From assembly GCA_046546105.1 (NCBI GenBank), contig JBKGYN010000002.1, positions 10,913 to 74,912 on the forward strand: a stretch of 64,000 nucleotides of DNA. Direction: 5' to 3'. Source of the stretch: Candidatus Woesearchaeota archaeon (GTDB lineage: Archaea > Nanobdellota > Nanobdellia > Woesearchaeales > SKGA01). Made by a program: the position numbers and the translations under genes. Shown piece by piece: positions 28,879-38,519 of this stretch (the stretch's first letter is position 1; the number at the start of each line of letters is the position of its first letter). The notes under the pieces are model-generated. The model was given only the letters and a program-made list of their open reading frames with translations. It did no database searches and was not told the DNA's origin.

Positions 28879-29276
28879 ATGTCGATTTCATTCCGCTACT
28901 GGAGCGTTAGCGAATCATAGCCATCGGGACAGTTTCGAAATCCTGAGGACTCGGGCGAATTTCAGATTCGAATGCGACTGACTGAAATCAGCTCCCTTAA
29001 GCTACGGATACATATTCTTCTGTTCAGGGCTTGAGCAACTTTGTTGCGAAACCTCTTCGTTGCGCCTGGACAAACGCAGCCAGACGAATCTCCTCGTAGG
29101 ACTTATTCTCTTTTTATAAATTTAACGCGCCAGCGACTTCACATTCATTTATAAAACGCCTTTATTGTTCATATTTGGCAGTGGTTATGTTTTCAGAAAA
29201 CTTTAAATAAGAGTTGTCGAGCTATAGAATTAATATAGCGATACTTTATAGTTTATGACTGTGTTGGTGTGAGGAA

Positions 29277-29540
29277 ATGACTACAGATGTTTCGAATAAG
29301 ACGGTATTGATTCTTGTCGTCCTTGCTGTTATTGTCTCTACTTTAGGGACCTTTACTGTAGTTCACACCGTTAACCAGCAGCAGGATGCTTCCGCACTCC
29401 CTGATGATGATGGTTTTGATGGTGGAACCAGTGGCGAAGTGAGGATCGGCATTCAAGAGCCTGCAGACGTGCCTGAAGCTACTGGGCAAGTCCTTCTAGA
29501 GATATATGAACCCGAAAACGATAATGGTGGTGTGAATTAA
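29277..29540 (+). CDS. small secreted/membrane protein with pilin-like N-terminus, member of local paralog family
   Basis: MTTDVSNKTVLILVVLAVIVSTLGTF has the same N-terminal pattern as ORFs 29542 and 31936; acidic C-terminus. Confidence 0.45.
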   Translation: MTTDVSNKTVLILVVLAVIVSTLGTFTVVHTVNQQQDASALPDDDGFDGGTSGEVRIGIQEPADVPEATGQVLLEIYEPENDNGGVN

Positions 29541-29541
29541 C

Positions 29542-30168
29542 ATGGCAATTTCAAACAAGACATTGAGTGTGCTGCTCATCGCAGCGATCGTGGTCTCCGT
29601 TGGTGGAACCTTTTTCAGCCTTATGATGCTTAATACTCCGACCGGACCGACCGGTTTCAATACCCAAGAAGAGGGTGAAGTTATCCTGAACGTTCCGGAA
29701 TCCTTATCCATCACCCTCGAGGACAGCAGCATTGATTTCGGCGATTGTACGCCTGATACTACTGACACCATCTATGTAGATAGTTTCCAGGGAGCGGGAG
29801 ATGTTGATAATAGCAACTGTTCGGATACGGGATCTTTCCCTGATAACATGACGCTTGTGAACAACGGTAATGTTGATGCTCTTGTCAATTTGACAACCTC
29901 TGATAACGCATCAGCTTTGTTCGGCACCACTGGTGATAATGGGTTTGCTTACAAGGTCCAGAACCAGTCTTCAAACCCTGGTTGTGCAGGGACTATGCAA
30001 CAGAACTACTTGAACTTCACCGATCCTGCTATCGGTTATGATGTCTGTTCTAACCTGACGGCTGTTTCTGGTCAGAACAGGGTTGAAATCTTCGCTGCTG
30101 CGTGGCTAAGTCCTCAGGCGGCCGGTGGTGGTGAAGCGACCTGGACATTTGACGCTTACGCGAGTTAG
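29542..30168 (+). CDS. secreted protein, paralog family A (pilin-like N-terminus)
   Basis: MAISNKTLSVLLIAAIVVSVGGTFF; shares ILNVPESLSITLEDSSIDFGDC ... VNNGNVDA ... with ORF 31936. Confidence 0.55.
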   Translation: MAISNKTLSVLLIAAIVVSVGGTFFSLMMLNTPTGPTGFNTQEEGEVILNVPESLSITLEDSSIDFGDCTPDTTDTIYVDSFQGAGDVDNSNCSDTGSFPDNMTLVNNGNVDALVNLTTSDNASALFGTTGDNGFAYKVQNQSSNPGCAGTMQQNYLNFTDPAIGYDVCSNLTAVSGQNRVEIFAAAWLSPQAAGGGEATWTFDAYAS

Positions 30169-30177
30169 GGTGGGTGA

Positions 30178-31362
30178 TTGACAGTGGGTTTCTCTGATCG
30201 CTTATCCTGCTTTTTTTTCTTGTTCCTATTCTCTCTTGTTCTCGCTTCTTCCCAGACAGGTGCTATAGGTGTTTCTCCTGCTGTCCAGACTGTTGAGTAC
30301 GTTGAGAATGAGACTGTAGCGATAGAACTTTTGGTTACTGGTCTTTCCAATGACGTAGAGCTTTCTGCAAGCGGCGCTTTATCTGACTTCATCACGTTCT
30401 CTGATGATGTTGTCGAGTATTCCGGTTCAAAGGCCACCATTGATATCAACATCACGTTTCCTCCATACGATCAGATAGACATCTTCGGGGAGCAGAAATC
30501 CTATATCCGTATTCGAGAATTGCCTGAAGGGAATTCAGGTCTTTCCGCCACCACTGCAGTGAATCCTACTGTCAAGGTCTACATTCCTAACCCTGGCTTG
30601 TATGCTGAAATCGAAGAGCTTTCTGTTCCTACTATCAATGAAGGGGAGGATACCTATTATTCTTTCAAGATCAAGAATCGCGGCACTGATAACTTCTCGG
30701 GACAAGAAGCGGTCCTCAAGGTCACTGACATGTCGGGGCAGACTGTCGATACCTTCACGATTACTGACGTAGCCGCTTCTCCTGATGGTTTTTTCGAAGC
30801 TGAAGGGGAGATTCCGTCCTCATCCTACGAACCTGGAAAATACACTGCGGAAGTGGTTTTCGATCTTGATCCTGATCGTTCTCCTTTCGTCAGTTCAACT
30901 TCTTTTTTTGTCGGTACCACCGATGTTGTGCTTGTCAATTATACTGATACGGTAACTGCTGATTCCATCAATAAGGTGGATCTCGAATTACAGAGTTTGT
31001 GGGGTTCTCCTCTTGAAGGTATAAGAGCTTCTGTGGATGGTCTTGATGGCGGCGAACAATCCTTGCCTGTCATTGATTTCGAGCCTTTCGAGAATAAAGT
31101 AGTCACTGCTTTTGTTGATGTGCCTTCTACCAATAAGACTTCGTTCAATTCCTCGCTGGTCCTCGAATTTCCAGAAGATATCGCTTCAGAACCTTCAAAG
31201 ACTGTTCCTCTGCACTTCGATGTCAAGCAGGAGGATGATACTGGTAGTATATTCTCGCTGACCACGACCACGGCTTTGGTCGGTATCATCACAGTACTTG
31301 TTATTGTGATTCTTGTTTTGTGGCTTTCATCAAGGAAGAAAGCGAAAAAACGAGGGGGCTGA
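30178..31362 (+). CDS. surface protein with CARDB-like domain and C-terminal TM anchor
   Basis: Signal peptide, KNRGTDNFSGQEAVLKV (CARDB-like), C-terminal LVGIITVLVIVILVLWL plus a basic stop-transfer segment. Confidence 0.55.
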   Translation: MTVGFSDRLSCFFFLFLFSLVLASSQTGAIGVSPAVQTVEYVENETVAIELLVTGLSNDVELSASGALSDFITFSDDVVEYSGSKATIDINITFPPYDQIDIFGEQKSYIRIRELPEGNSGLSATTAVNPTVKVYIPNPGLYAEIEELSVPTINEGEDTYYSFKIKNRGTDNFSGQEAVLKVTDMSGQTVDTFTITDVAASPDGFFEAEGEIPSSSYEPGKYTAEVVFDLDPDRSPFVSSTSFFVGTTDVVLVNYTDTVTADSINKVDLELQSLWGSPLEGIRASVDGLDGGEQSLPVIDFEPFENKVVTAFVDVPSTNKTSFNSSLVLEFPEDIASEPSKTVPLHFDVKQEDDTGSIFSLTTTTALVGIITVLVIVILVLWLSSRKKAKKRGG

Positions 31363-31402
31363 CTCCTGACGGGCGTTTTTCTGTGAAAAATATATAAATC
31401 GG

Positions 31403-31936
31403 TTGCACGCTCAGGGTAGTATGATGGTAAAAAAGACACCTTCGCGAGAAAATCGTTCTTCCCGGAAGAAGGTTTCTTCAAAAAAATCAGCGTCGGCTAC
31501 GAGAAAGTCCGGGCTTGATAATAATCGTATCATCGCTGCAGTATCCTTGCTTGTCATCCTTATCTCTCTTATCGTGATGGTATTTTTTGTCTCTGACATT
31601 CCTGGTGATCAAAAGCCCTTCTCACGTTCTACTATTGATTATGATTTCACGGTTTCTGAAGAGGTCGGTTTCGTTCTTGACGATGATATGCTTCATTTCG
31701 GAGGAGGTCCTCGCGGGGCTAAACTCAAGCGGGGTCTTGATATCAATTCTTCTCGCGATGCTCGTGTCGTCCTCTCTTGGCAGGGTCCTGGTAATATTTC
31801 TGTTGACCGGAACAATTTCTTTGTAGCTGCAAAAAATTCCTCTTCAGTGATCTTCACCCTTGAAATTCCTCCTGGCATCTCGTCTGGTAATCATTCAGGC
31901 GAGATCTACATTGATTTATATGATTCTGCTCGCTGA
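31403..31936 (+). CDS. type-II membrane protein with basic cytoplasmic N-terminus
   Basis: About 45 aa K/R/S-rich N-terminus, one TM (IIAAVSLLVILISLIVMVFFV), and an extracytoplasmic domain of about 110 aa. Confidence 0.45.
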   Translation: MHAQGSMMVKKTPSRENRSSRKKVSSKKSASATRKSGLDNNRIIAAVSLLVILISLIVMVFFVSDIPGDQKPFSRSTIDYDFTVSEEVGFVLDDDMLHFGGGPRGAKLKRGLDINSSRDARVVLSWQGPGNISVDRNNFFVAAKNSSSVIFTLEIPPGISSGNHSGEIYIDLYDSAR

Positions 31937-32574
31937 TGTGGTTGATGATGGATAGACAGAAAGATTTCATGCTGGTTGGCGCGACACTTGCTGTCTTGCT
32001 CTCTTTGTTTTCGCTCATCTATTCTTTTGCGATCATCGATTCCCCTTCCCCGACTGGTCACATCTCAAAAAATGCCTCTGGAAAGGTTGATATTTCTGTC
32101 AGGACCTTTCTTTCGATAACACTTGTCAATTCCACTATTGACTTTGGTGCTTGTGCCATCAATCGGACAAAGAATTACTCTGTCATTGATAGTGATCTTG
32201 GTCCTCACGGTCTTGATAATGATGATTGTACTGGTGGTAATTTCCCTGGCTATCTCATCGTCGAGAATAATGGTAATCTCGATGCCAACGTCTCAGTGAG
32301 CGCAAATTATACTGCTGATGAGTTTTTCAATTATTCCGGCTCGTGGTATGCTTTTAAAGCCCGTGATCATCCTGACAGACCTGGTTGTCTTAACGCTGAC
32401 CTGCAGGATTCTTATCAGAATTTTTCCACGACCGACCCTATGATGGCTTGCGACAACCTCACTTTTTCCCCTGGAAATGACGCATTTCAAGTCTCTGTAA
32501 AGGCATTCTTGTATCGGAACACGACCAGTCGCGACTCTGCATCTATCCTGTTTGAAGCACATCAGGTCGGATGA
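31936..32574 (+). CDS. secreted protein, paralog family A
   Basis: Similar to ORF 29542 along the body (SITLVNSTIDFGAC...VENNGNLDANVS...); start overlaps the stop of the preceding gene. Confidence 0.55.
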   Translation: MWLMMDRQKDFMLVGATLAVLLSLFSLIYSFAIIDSPSPTGHISKNASGKVDISVRTFLSITLVNSTIDFGACAINRTKNYSVIDSDLGPHGLDNDDCTGGNFPGYLIVENNGNLDANVSVSANYTADEFFNYSGSWYAFKARDHPDRPGCLNADLQDSYQNFSTTDPMMACDNLTFSPGNDAFQVSVKAFLYRNTTSRDSASILFEAHQVG

Positions 32575-32631
32575 TGAATCCTTTTCTCAAAAAGCTTTAT
32601 ATACTATCTCCCTTCTTATCCTTGGTTAGGG

Positions 32632-34590
32632 ATGGTGGTCCGGGCTAATTTCAGAACTCTTGTCTTATTGCTTGTTTTCCTGCTTAGTGTGCAGACTGGC
32701 TTTATAGTCTATCACGCGGTTGAAGTCATCTCGCCTGATATTCATGCCCGGGCGAGCGCGGGTATGTTCTCGCTATGTCTCAACTATCAGCCTGAATTCA
32801 ACTTCACCTGCAACACTTCTATGCGCCAGAACCATGATTATCATTGCCAGCTCAATTATTCTGACCCTGACAATGATTCTGTAACTTTTTTCTATGAGAA
32901 CCTCTCTGGATTTTTTGAAGCTGAGATCACCGATGATGGTGTCCTGACTGCAAATCCTGATCAGGAGATGGTAGGTGAGAGGGACGTGCTCATCGGTGTA
33001 GTTGATGAGAAGAATTGCTCAAACAGTGAAGCTGCTGAAAACGTGACTTTCGAGATTGAAAATGTCAACGACCCTCCTGAATACTATCGTCAGATAAGTG
33101 ATCTCGAATGGTCTCTTGACGAGACTTTCAGGGGTATCTTTCTCAAGGATTATTTCAGGGATCCCGATGGTGACCCGCTCTCCTACTCGCATTCTTTCTC
33201 ATCATCACAGTTTTCTGCCGACATCATATCCAGTTCTGAAGTTATTTTTTCCGCTGATGAGTGTGGCGAGGGTTATGTGACCTTCACTGCGTCAGATCCA
33301 TATAATGAGACTGCGCAAAGCCATATCATCAAAATCAATGTTCCTTGCGAGGAGCCTGAATCTTCATCCGGCGGTTCTGCCGGATCTACTTCCCCTGAAG
33401 AGTGCATTCCGGAATGGCGGTGCAAGGATTGGAGCGAGTGCTATCCTAACGGCACGCAAAAACGGCAATGTACAGATATCCATGGTTGTAGTGAGGATTA
33501 CAAGCGGAATTTCTGGAGGGAGTGCGAATACATTCCTCAATGTGAAAACGGTATTCAGGATCCTGACGAAGAAGGTGTTGATTGCGGTGGTCCTTGTCCT
33601 CCTTGTGAGACATGCGATGATGGTATCCTGAATAACCAAGAGGAAGAAGTCGATTGCGGCGGTCCGAACTGCCCTCCTTGTAAGAATTGTTCTGATGGTA
33701 TTCAGAACTATGGTGAGACTGGTGTTGATTGCGGTGGTCCTTGTCCTCCTTGTGAGACATGTGATGATGGTATCCAGAATCAGGGCGAGACTGGTGTTGA
33801 TTGCGGTGGTCCTTGTCCTCCTTGTCCTGATACTGAGACTCCCGCGCCTGTTGATGATCGTTCGTGGCTCACTGCAGTCCTCATCCCTATAGTGCTTGGT
33901 CTCACGGGCCTTGCTGTCATTTACCGGCTGTTCCGGAGGAGTATTCACGCTTTTGCTGCGAGGATGTGGTGGTATTTCACCAGTAAGGTGCCCAAACAGG
34001 TGCTTCTCACGGAAAATCAGAAGTCGTATTTGTTCAACGAACTTGATCGACTTCTTGGTGAGCAGCATGGCTCTTCTGACCTGGACGAATTCCAGGATGA
34101 TCTGGCTATCCTTTTCAGGAAGTTCTACTCATATCTGATTGATGAAGCCTATGATCTTGAAAATGCCAAAGAGAAGATCGTGCAGTTGAAGACGGTCAAG
34201 GAAGTGAAAAAATTCCTCGTCACGGGATACTCTGTCACGCTTGGTATTGAAAAGACCAAGAAGATGTCTCGGGAGATGCTTGATGTCCATGCTGAACTCC
34301 TGCGTGAGCTTGTGATTTCTCTAAGTAGGGTTGATCGTGAAGAGATTGCAAGAGTTCTTGATGAAAAGACTCCTGCTGAAAAACCAACGCTCTCTAACGT
34401 GCTTGGCTTCTTGTATAACAGCATTCTTGCCTTGCAGTTCAGCGAGATCGAGATCTCCAAAGAGAAATATCTTAAAGCCTTGTATCTCTATGAAGCCCTT
34501 CCTGTAAGTGATCAGGAGAACGTGTATTCGACGCTTCATCTGACATTCGGTCTTATCAGCTACGTCTCATCTTACGCTTCCAAGAAATGA
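32632..34590 (+). CDS. cell-surface protein: cadherin-like domain, four Cys-rich tandem repeats (CGGPCPPC), TM helix, cytoplasmic alpha-helical domain
   Basis: Signal peptide; VNDPPEY cadherin-like motif; 4 x about 31-aa units C-x2-C-x-DGI-x-N-x-(G/E)E-x-(G/E)VDCGGP(N)CPPC; TM LTAVLIPIVLGLTGLAVIY; about 220-aa cytoplasmic tail. Confidence 0.65.
   Translation: MVVRANFRTLVLLLVFLLSVQTGFIVYHAVEVISPDIHARASAGMFSLCLNYQPEFNFTCNTSMRQNHDYHCQLNYSDPDNDSVTFFYENLSGFFEAEITDDGVLTANPDQEMVGERDVLIGVVDEKNCSNSEAAENVTFEIENVNDPPEYYRQISDLEWSLDETFRGIFLKDYFRDPDGDPLSYSHSFSSSQFSADIISSSEVIFSADECGEGYVTFTASDPYNETAQSHIIKINVPCEEPESSSGGSAGSTSPEECIPEWRCKDWSECYPNGTQKRQCTDIHGCSEDYKRNFWRECEYIPQCENGIQDPDEEGVDCGGPCPPCETCDDGILNNQEEEVDCGGPNCPPCKNCSDGIQNYGETGVDCGGPCPPCETCDDGIQNQGETGVDCGGPCPPCPDTETPAPVDDRSWLTAVLIPIVLGLTGLAVIYRLFRRSIHAFAARMWWYFTSKVPKQVLLTENQKSYLFNELDRLLGEQHGSSDLDEFQDDLAILFRKFYSYLIDEAYDLENAKEKIVQLKTVKEVKKFLVTGYSVTLGIEKTKKMSREMLDVHAELLRELVISLSRVDREEIARVLDEKTPAEKPTLSNVLGFLYNSILALQFSEIEISKEKYLKALYLYEALPVSDQENVYSTLHLTFGLISYVSSYASKK
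33560..33840. repeat. near-identical approximately 93-bp tandem repeats (4 units) encoding the Cys-rich modules
   Basis: gttgattgcggtggtccttgtcctccttgtgagacatg(c/t)gatgatggtatcc recurs; units 3 and 4 are almost identical at the nucleotide level. Confidence 0.8.
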
Positions 34591-34733
34591 TATTTCGCTA
34601 TCTCCTCAGGATGATGTTTTTCTTCAGGTCTCTTGTTCTCTTATGCTGATGCAGACGATCTTCTTTTTGAAACTTTTTGCTCGTGTTTTTTTTCAAGACT
34701 CGGTTGTGGAATAAGAACATGTTGTTTTTATCT

Positions 34734-35957
34734 TCACTCATCCCTGAGCGTATCGGCCGGTTGTAGCTTTGCTGCTTGAAGTGCCGGGAGCGTTCCCGCT
34801 AGCATGCCCACTAGAAATGAGAATAGCATCGCGCCAAGGAATAATTCCCATGAGAAATGCGCTTGCAGGAAGGTTTTTCCAAGCGCGGCCCTGCTAATCT
34901 CTTCGACTGCCTTGGCAAGTCCTGATCCAAGTATGATGCCGATCACTCCTCCTGCTACTCCGAGAAACCCTGATTCTATGGCAAAGAGTGTGAAGATATC
35001 TGAATTTCGCGCGCCGATCGCTTTCATGATGCCGATTTCCTTGTTCCTTTCAAGGACTGACGTGTACATCGTGTTCATGATGCCCACGCCGCCGACAAAC
35101 AGGCTGATTCCTGCAATCCCTATGAGGACTGCTCTGACGACATCAAGGATGGTTTGGAAATTATCAAGCAGATCTTCAGGTGTCTCTATCTGGAATGTCG
35201 TATCCTCAATATCCTCCCCACGATACCTTGCAAGTTCTTTCTTGATATTCTCTGCCACTGCTAAAGGGTCTTCGCCGGTATTGACTTTCACGATGATCAT
35301 GTCTACCCTGTTTTTTATTCCTGTAATTTCTCTGAATGTGTCTTCGGGCATGACAAGCATCCTATCATCCACTGAACTCCCTATCGGGTTGTAGAATCCG
35401 GCCACGTGGAACTTCTCCCCGTTGATATGTACATTGCTGTTCAATTGGAGGTTCTCTCGATCATATAATCCTCTGGTGGCGTGGTGGTATCCTGCAACGA
35501 CTGTTTTTCCATCCCCCTGCTCAAGATCCCTTCCTTTCCAGATGTCTTCTGTGAACCCGTCTTGGGTGAGATCCAATGATTTGCTGTCTGTGGGGATTCC
35601 TGCAATGCTATAATATCTGACCTCGTCCCGGTAGGAGATGTGTGCGCTTGTCATGACATAGCTTGTCGTGCTATCGATGCCTGATAGTCGTTTGATAAAA
35701 TCGTAATCCTCCTTTCTAAGCTGTTCGGCTCCCGCTCCTTCTCCCATGGATCCGAAGAGAGAGCTTGGTTCTATGAAGAGCTTATCGCTTCCTATATCTT
35801 CGAATTCCTGGTATATCGCTTCTTCCATCCCTTGTCCAAGGCTGACCAGGGATATCACTGCAGCTATTCCTATAAAGATTCCTATGAGTGTCAGCCAGCT
35901 TCGTAGCTTTCGCCTTGAGAGTGATTTCAATGCAATCCTGAAATAATCCTGTATCAT
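34734..35957 (-). CDS. ABC transporter permease, FtsX/MacB-like
   Basis: N-terminal TM, large extracytoplasmic domain, C-terminal FtsX core of 3 TM (GILKAIGARNSDIF..). Confidence 0.8.
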   Translation of the reverse strand: MIQDYFRIALKSLSRRKLRSWLTLIGIFIGIAAVISLVSLGQGMEEAIYQEFEDIGSDKLFIEPSSLFGSMGEGAGAEQLRKEDYDFIKRLSGIDSTTSYVMTSAHISYRDEVRYYSIAGIPTDSKSLDLTQDGFTEDIWKGRDLEQGDGKTVVAGYHHATRGLYDRENLQLNSNVHINGEKFHVAGFYNPIGSSVDDRMLVMPEDTFREITGIKNRVDMIIVKVNTGEDPLAVAENIKKELARYRGEDIEDTTFQIETPEDLLDNFQTILDVVRAVLIGIAGISLFVGGVGIMNTMYTSVLERNKEIGIMKAIGARNSDIFTLFAIESGFLGVAGGVIGIILGSGLAKAVEEISRAALGKTFLQAHFSWELFLGAMLFSFLVGMLAGTLPALQAAKLQPADTLRDE

Positions 35958-35970
35958 CGTTTGGACCTTC

Positions 35971-37185
35971 TTATGTTCTCAGCGCCTCGACCGGATCCAT
36001 CTTTGCAGCTTGTCGTGCCGGTAGCGTTCCTGAAGCTGCTCCTAGTATGAATGCGAATAATAATGCTCCTATGAGTAATGATAGTGGAAAGCTCGCTTGA
36101 AGTATGTCTGTTCCGAGTTGCGCTTGCGCGATGGTTTCCACTGTTTTGCTGATGCCCGCTCCGAGGACAATTCCTATAACTCCTCCTGCCATTCCCAGCA
36201 TCCCTGATTCTATGAGGAAGATGCGTAGAACATCTGGGTTTCTCGCTCCTATAGCTTTCATGATGCCGATATCTCTACGTCTCTCAAGCACTGACGTATA
36301 CATAGTGTTCGCGATGTTGATGCTCCCGACAAGTAGGCTGATGGCGGCTATTCCGACAAGAAGCACTTGTACTATGTTGAGGACGCTTTGGAATGATTCA
36401 AGCGTATCTTGTGGTGTGCTGATCGTGAAATCCTCTTCGCCGGGATCGAGATTCCGATCTCGTCGCATCTCTCTTTCAGCGATTTCCTTGATCTGCAGGA
36501 GGTTATCCTCATTTCTCACGACTGCGGTTATGAGGCTGTAATCGTCTTCTGAAAGGTTGTACAGGTCGATCATCCTCTCTTCGGACATGAGAATATCATT
36601 GTCCACAAAAGGAACGCCTGTCTTTTCAAGTATGCCTGCGACCCTGAAATCTCTCTCTTTGATGGTGACTTTCTCTCCGATGTCGGGCATTCGTTCATCG
36701 AACTTGATATTCGATCCTAGTGTTACCAGATTATGGTCTTCATAGCCTGTGATACGTCCTTCTTTCGCTTCAAGCCCGAATTGCTTGATCGCCTGCTCGT
36801 ATTCTTTCCGTCCTTCAGGCATCGAAAAAGCGAATCCTTGTGTGCTCTCACCCCTTGAAGTTATGGACGTTCCTTGTATGAACCGTCCCATGGCGAGTTT
36901 CATTCCCGGTATGTCTTCAAGAAGTCTCACATCATCCTCGCCAACCCTTCCGGCGGCATTGCTTCCCGGCGGCCCGAAGTTCGATCCTGCTCCTTGTACT
37001 GTGAACGCATCCACTCCCATCATGGCGAACTGTTCTGTCACTGCATCTTCAAGTCCTTCACCGAGGCTGACCAGGGCAACTATTGCCGCTATACCTGCAA
37101 AGATCCCTATGAGTGTCAACCAGCTTCGAAGCCTTCTGTGAAGCAGGTTGTTGACCGCCATTAGTATGCTTTCTTTCAGGTTCAT
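35971..37185 (-). CDS. ABC transporter permease, FtsX/MacB-like (paralog)
   Basis: Same architecture as the 34734 gene (MKAIGARNPDVLRIFLIESGMLG). Confidence 0.8.
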   Translation of the reverse strand: MNLKESILMAVNNLLHRRLRSWLTLIGIFAGIAAIVALVSLGEGLEDAVTEQFAMMGVDAFTVQGAGSNFGPPGSNAAGRVGEDDVRLLEDIPGMKLAMGRFIQGTSITSRGESTQGFAFSMPEGRKEYEQAIKQFGLEAKEGRITGYEDHNLVTLGSNIKFDERMPDIGEKVTIKERDFRVAGILEKTGVPFVDNDILMSEERMIDLYNLSEDDYSLITAVVRNEDNLLQIKEIAEREMRRDRNLDPGEEDFTISTPQDTLESFQSVLNIVQVLLVGIAAISLLVGSINIANTMYTSVLERRRDIGIMKAIGARNPDVLRIFLIESGMLGMAGGVIGIVLGAGISKTVETIAQAQLGTDILQASFPLSLLIGALLFAFILGAASGTLPARQAAKMDPVEALRT

Positions 37186-37264
37186 AGTCAGCTCTCTCGA
37201 TCGTCTTTAGTATTGGTGTGCTCGGCTAAAAAAGAGATTATAAAAGAACAGCTTTGATTAGCTT

Positions 37265-38494
37265 CTATTCTCGTTGTTTCTTTTTCTTCCTATGTCTTCT
37301 GACACCTCTGATGACAAAGAACCCTGCCACTACGATGATGGCGATGAGTATTGGTGAGATGCTTCCGTTGTTGTCTTCCTGGTTTTTATCATACCTCATC
37401 GCTAGCTCGTAGATCTGCTCGTATTCCTTGTTGTTATCATCCATATAATTGGCCGCTAGACGAAGCTTGGCATTCTCGCGTGAAGTCTTTAGGCGGAAAT
37501 CCTGTGTTCGGTAGTCGTCAGAATCCAGATCGCCGATGTAATCCTTGTCACTTGATAGGATGGTGTATCCTTCTCCTTCAAGGAGCTCTACATCAAGGAA
37601 CTTGAGGTCGTGGATTCCCTTGTTCACGAACTTTATGGTCGCAGTTCCTTGTTCTTCTGCGTTTGCAATCGTGGTTTGGTCGAGAAATACTTTGAGCTGC
37701 GGTTTTGCCATCACTGCAACGCCTATGATATTGGTCTTTTCGTACTCTGTTCCTTCTTCATCGAAATATGTTGTGGCCACGGGGATCTTGTAGAATCCAG
37801 GTCTTGCTTCTGCATCCGTGTTCAACTGGTATGTGAGTGTTTTTAGTTCACCTGGATTGAGCTTGCTCACACGTTGCTCTTCAGAGCTGCCTACTGGAGT
37901 GAACGGAAGTTCTCCTGACTGTCCTGCTTCTGGGTTGATGAGATTGAGCTGCACTCCTATATCTCTGAGGACTACATCGGCCGTGTTTTTCACTGTCAAC
38001 TTCACCTCCCCTGGTTCTCCTGATATGAACTCCTCGGGATCGGTGTTGACATCGCTGATACTGAGGGCTGCTTGGTTGCTTTTGACTCTGATGGTTTTTG
38101 TCGTTTCCTGCCAGTTATTGTTACCTATGTCGCTTGTAAATCTTATCTTGAGATCGTTTTCGCCAACTACTGCTTCACTTGATACTTTTAACTTGAGATC
38201 GACCACATAGCTTCGCTGCCCTTTGAGGTTTCCGATAACTTCGCGCGCTTCGCTCTGGCTGATGATCGTGAATGGGAATTGATCCACCACTTCAATAGCT
38301 GCGTTCTTCGCGTCCTCGTTGCCGAGATTTTCCAGCTCCAGGGTCACCGTCACGTATTGTCCTGGTTGTGCCGGACTCGGCTCATATTTGAGCAGATCAA
38401 CTGTTAGTTGAGCTTCATCTTGTGCTTGTGCTATTGGCATCGTTGCAAGGATAAGTGCCAGAATGACTATCAGAATCATTGATTTCGTTTTCAT
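37265..38494 (-). CDS. secreted CARDB-like protein with C-terminal TM anchor (putative substrate-binding or accessory component of the ABC system)
   Basis: Signal peptide MKTKSMILIVILALILATMPIAQA, ELENLGNEDAKNAAIEV / VKNTADVV / FVNKGIHD repeats, C-terminal ILIAIIVVAGFFVI followed by RGVRRHRKKKKQRE. Confidence 0.6.
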   Translation of the reverse strand: MKTKSMILIVILALILATMPIAQAQDEAQLTVDLLKYEPSPAQPGQYVTVTLELENLGNEDAKNAAIEVVDQFPFTIISQSEAREVIGNLKGQRSYVVDLKLKVSSEAVVGENDLKIRFTSDIGNNNWQETTKTIRVKSNQAALSISDVNTDPEEFISGEPGEVKLTVKNTADVVLRDIGVQLNLINPEAGQSGELPFTPVGSSEEQRVSKLNPGELKTLTYQLNTDAEARPGFYKIPVATTYFDEEGTEYEKTNIIGVAVMAKPQLKVFLDQTTIANAEEQGTATIKFVNKGIHDLKFLDVELLEGEGYTILSSDKDYIGDLDSDDYRTQDFRLKTSRENAKLRLAANYMDDNNKEYEQIYELAMRYDKNQEDNNGSISPILIAIIVVAGFFVIRGVRRHRKKKKQRE

Positions 38495-38519
38495 ATTCGT
38501 TCACCTTGTTGTTTTTGTC

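Noticed and set aside
33364-34068. 234-aa minus-strand ORF rich in RTRTTAINT repeats
   Set aside because: Antisense reading of the Cys-rich tandem repeats of the 32632..34590 gene; the repetitive translation is a by-product of the DNA repeat, not a gene.
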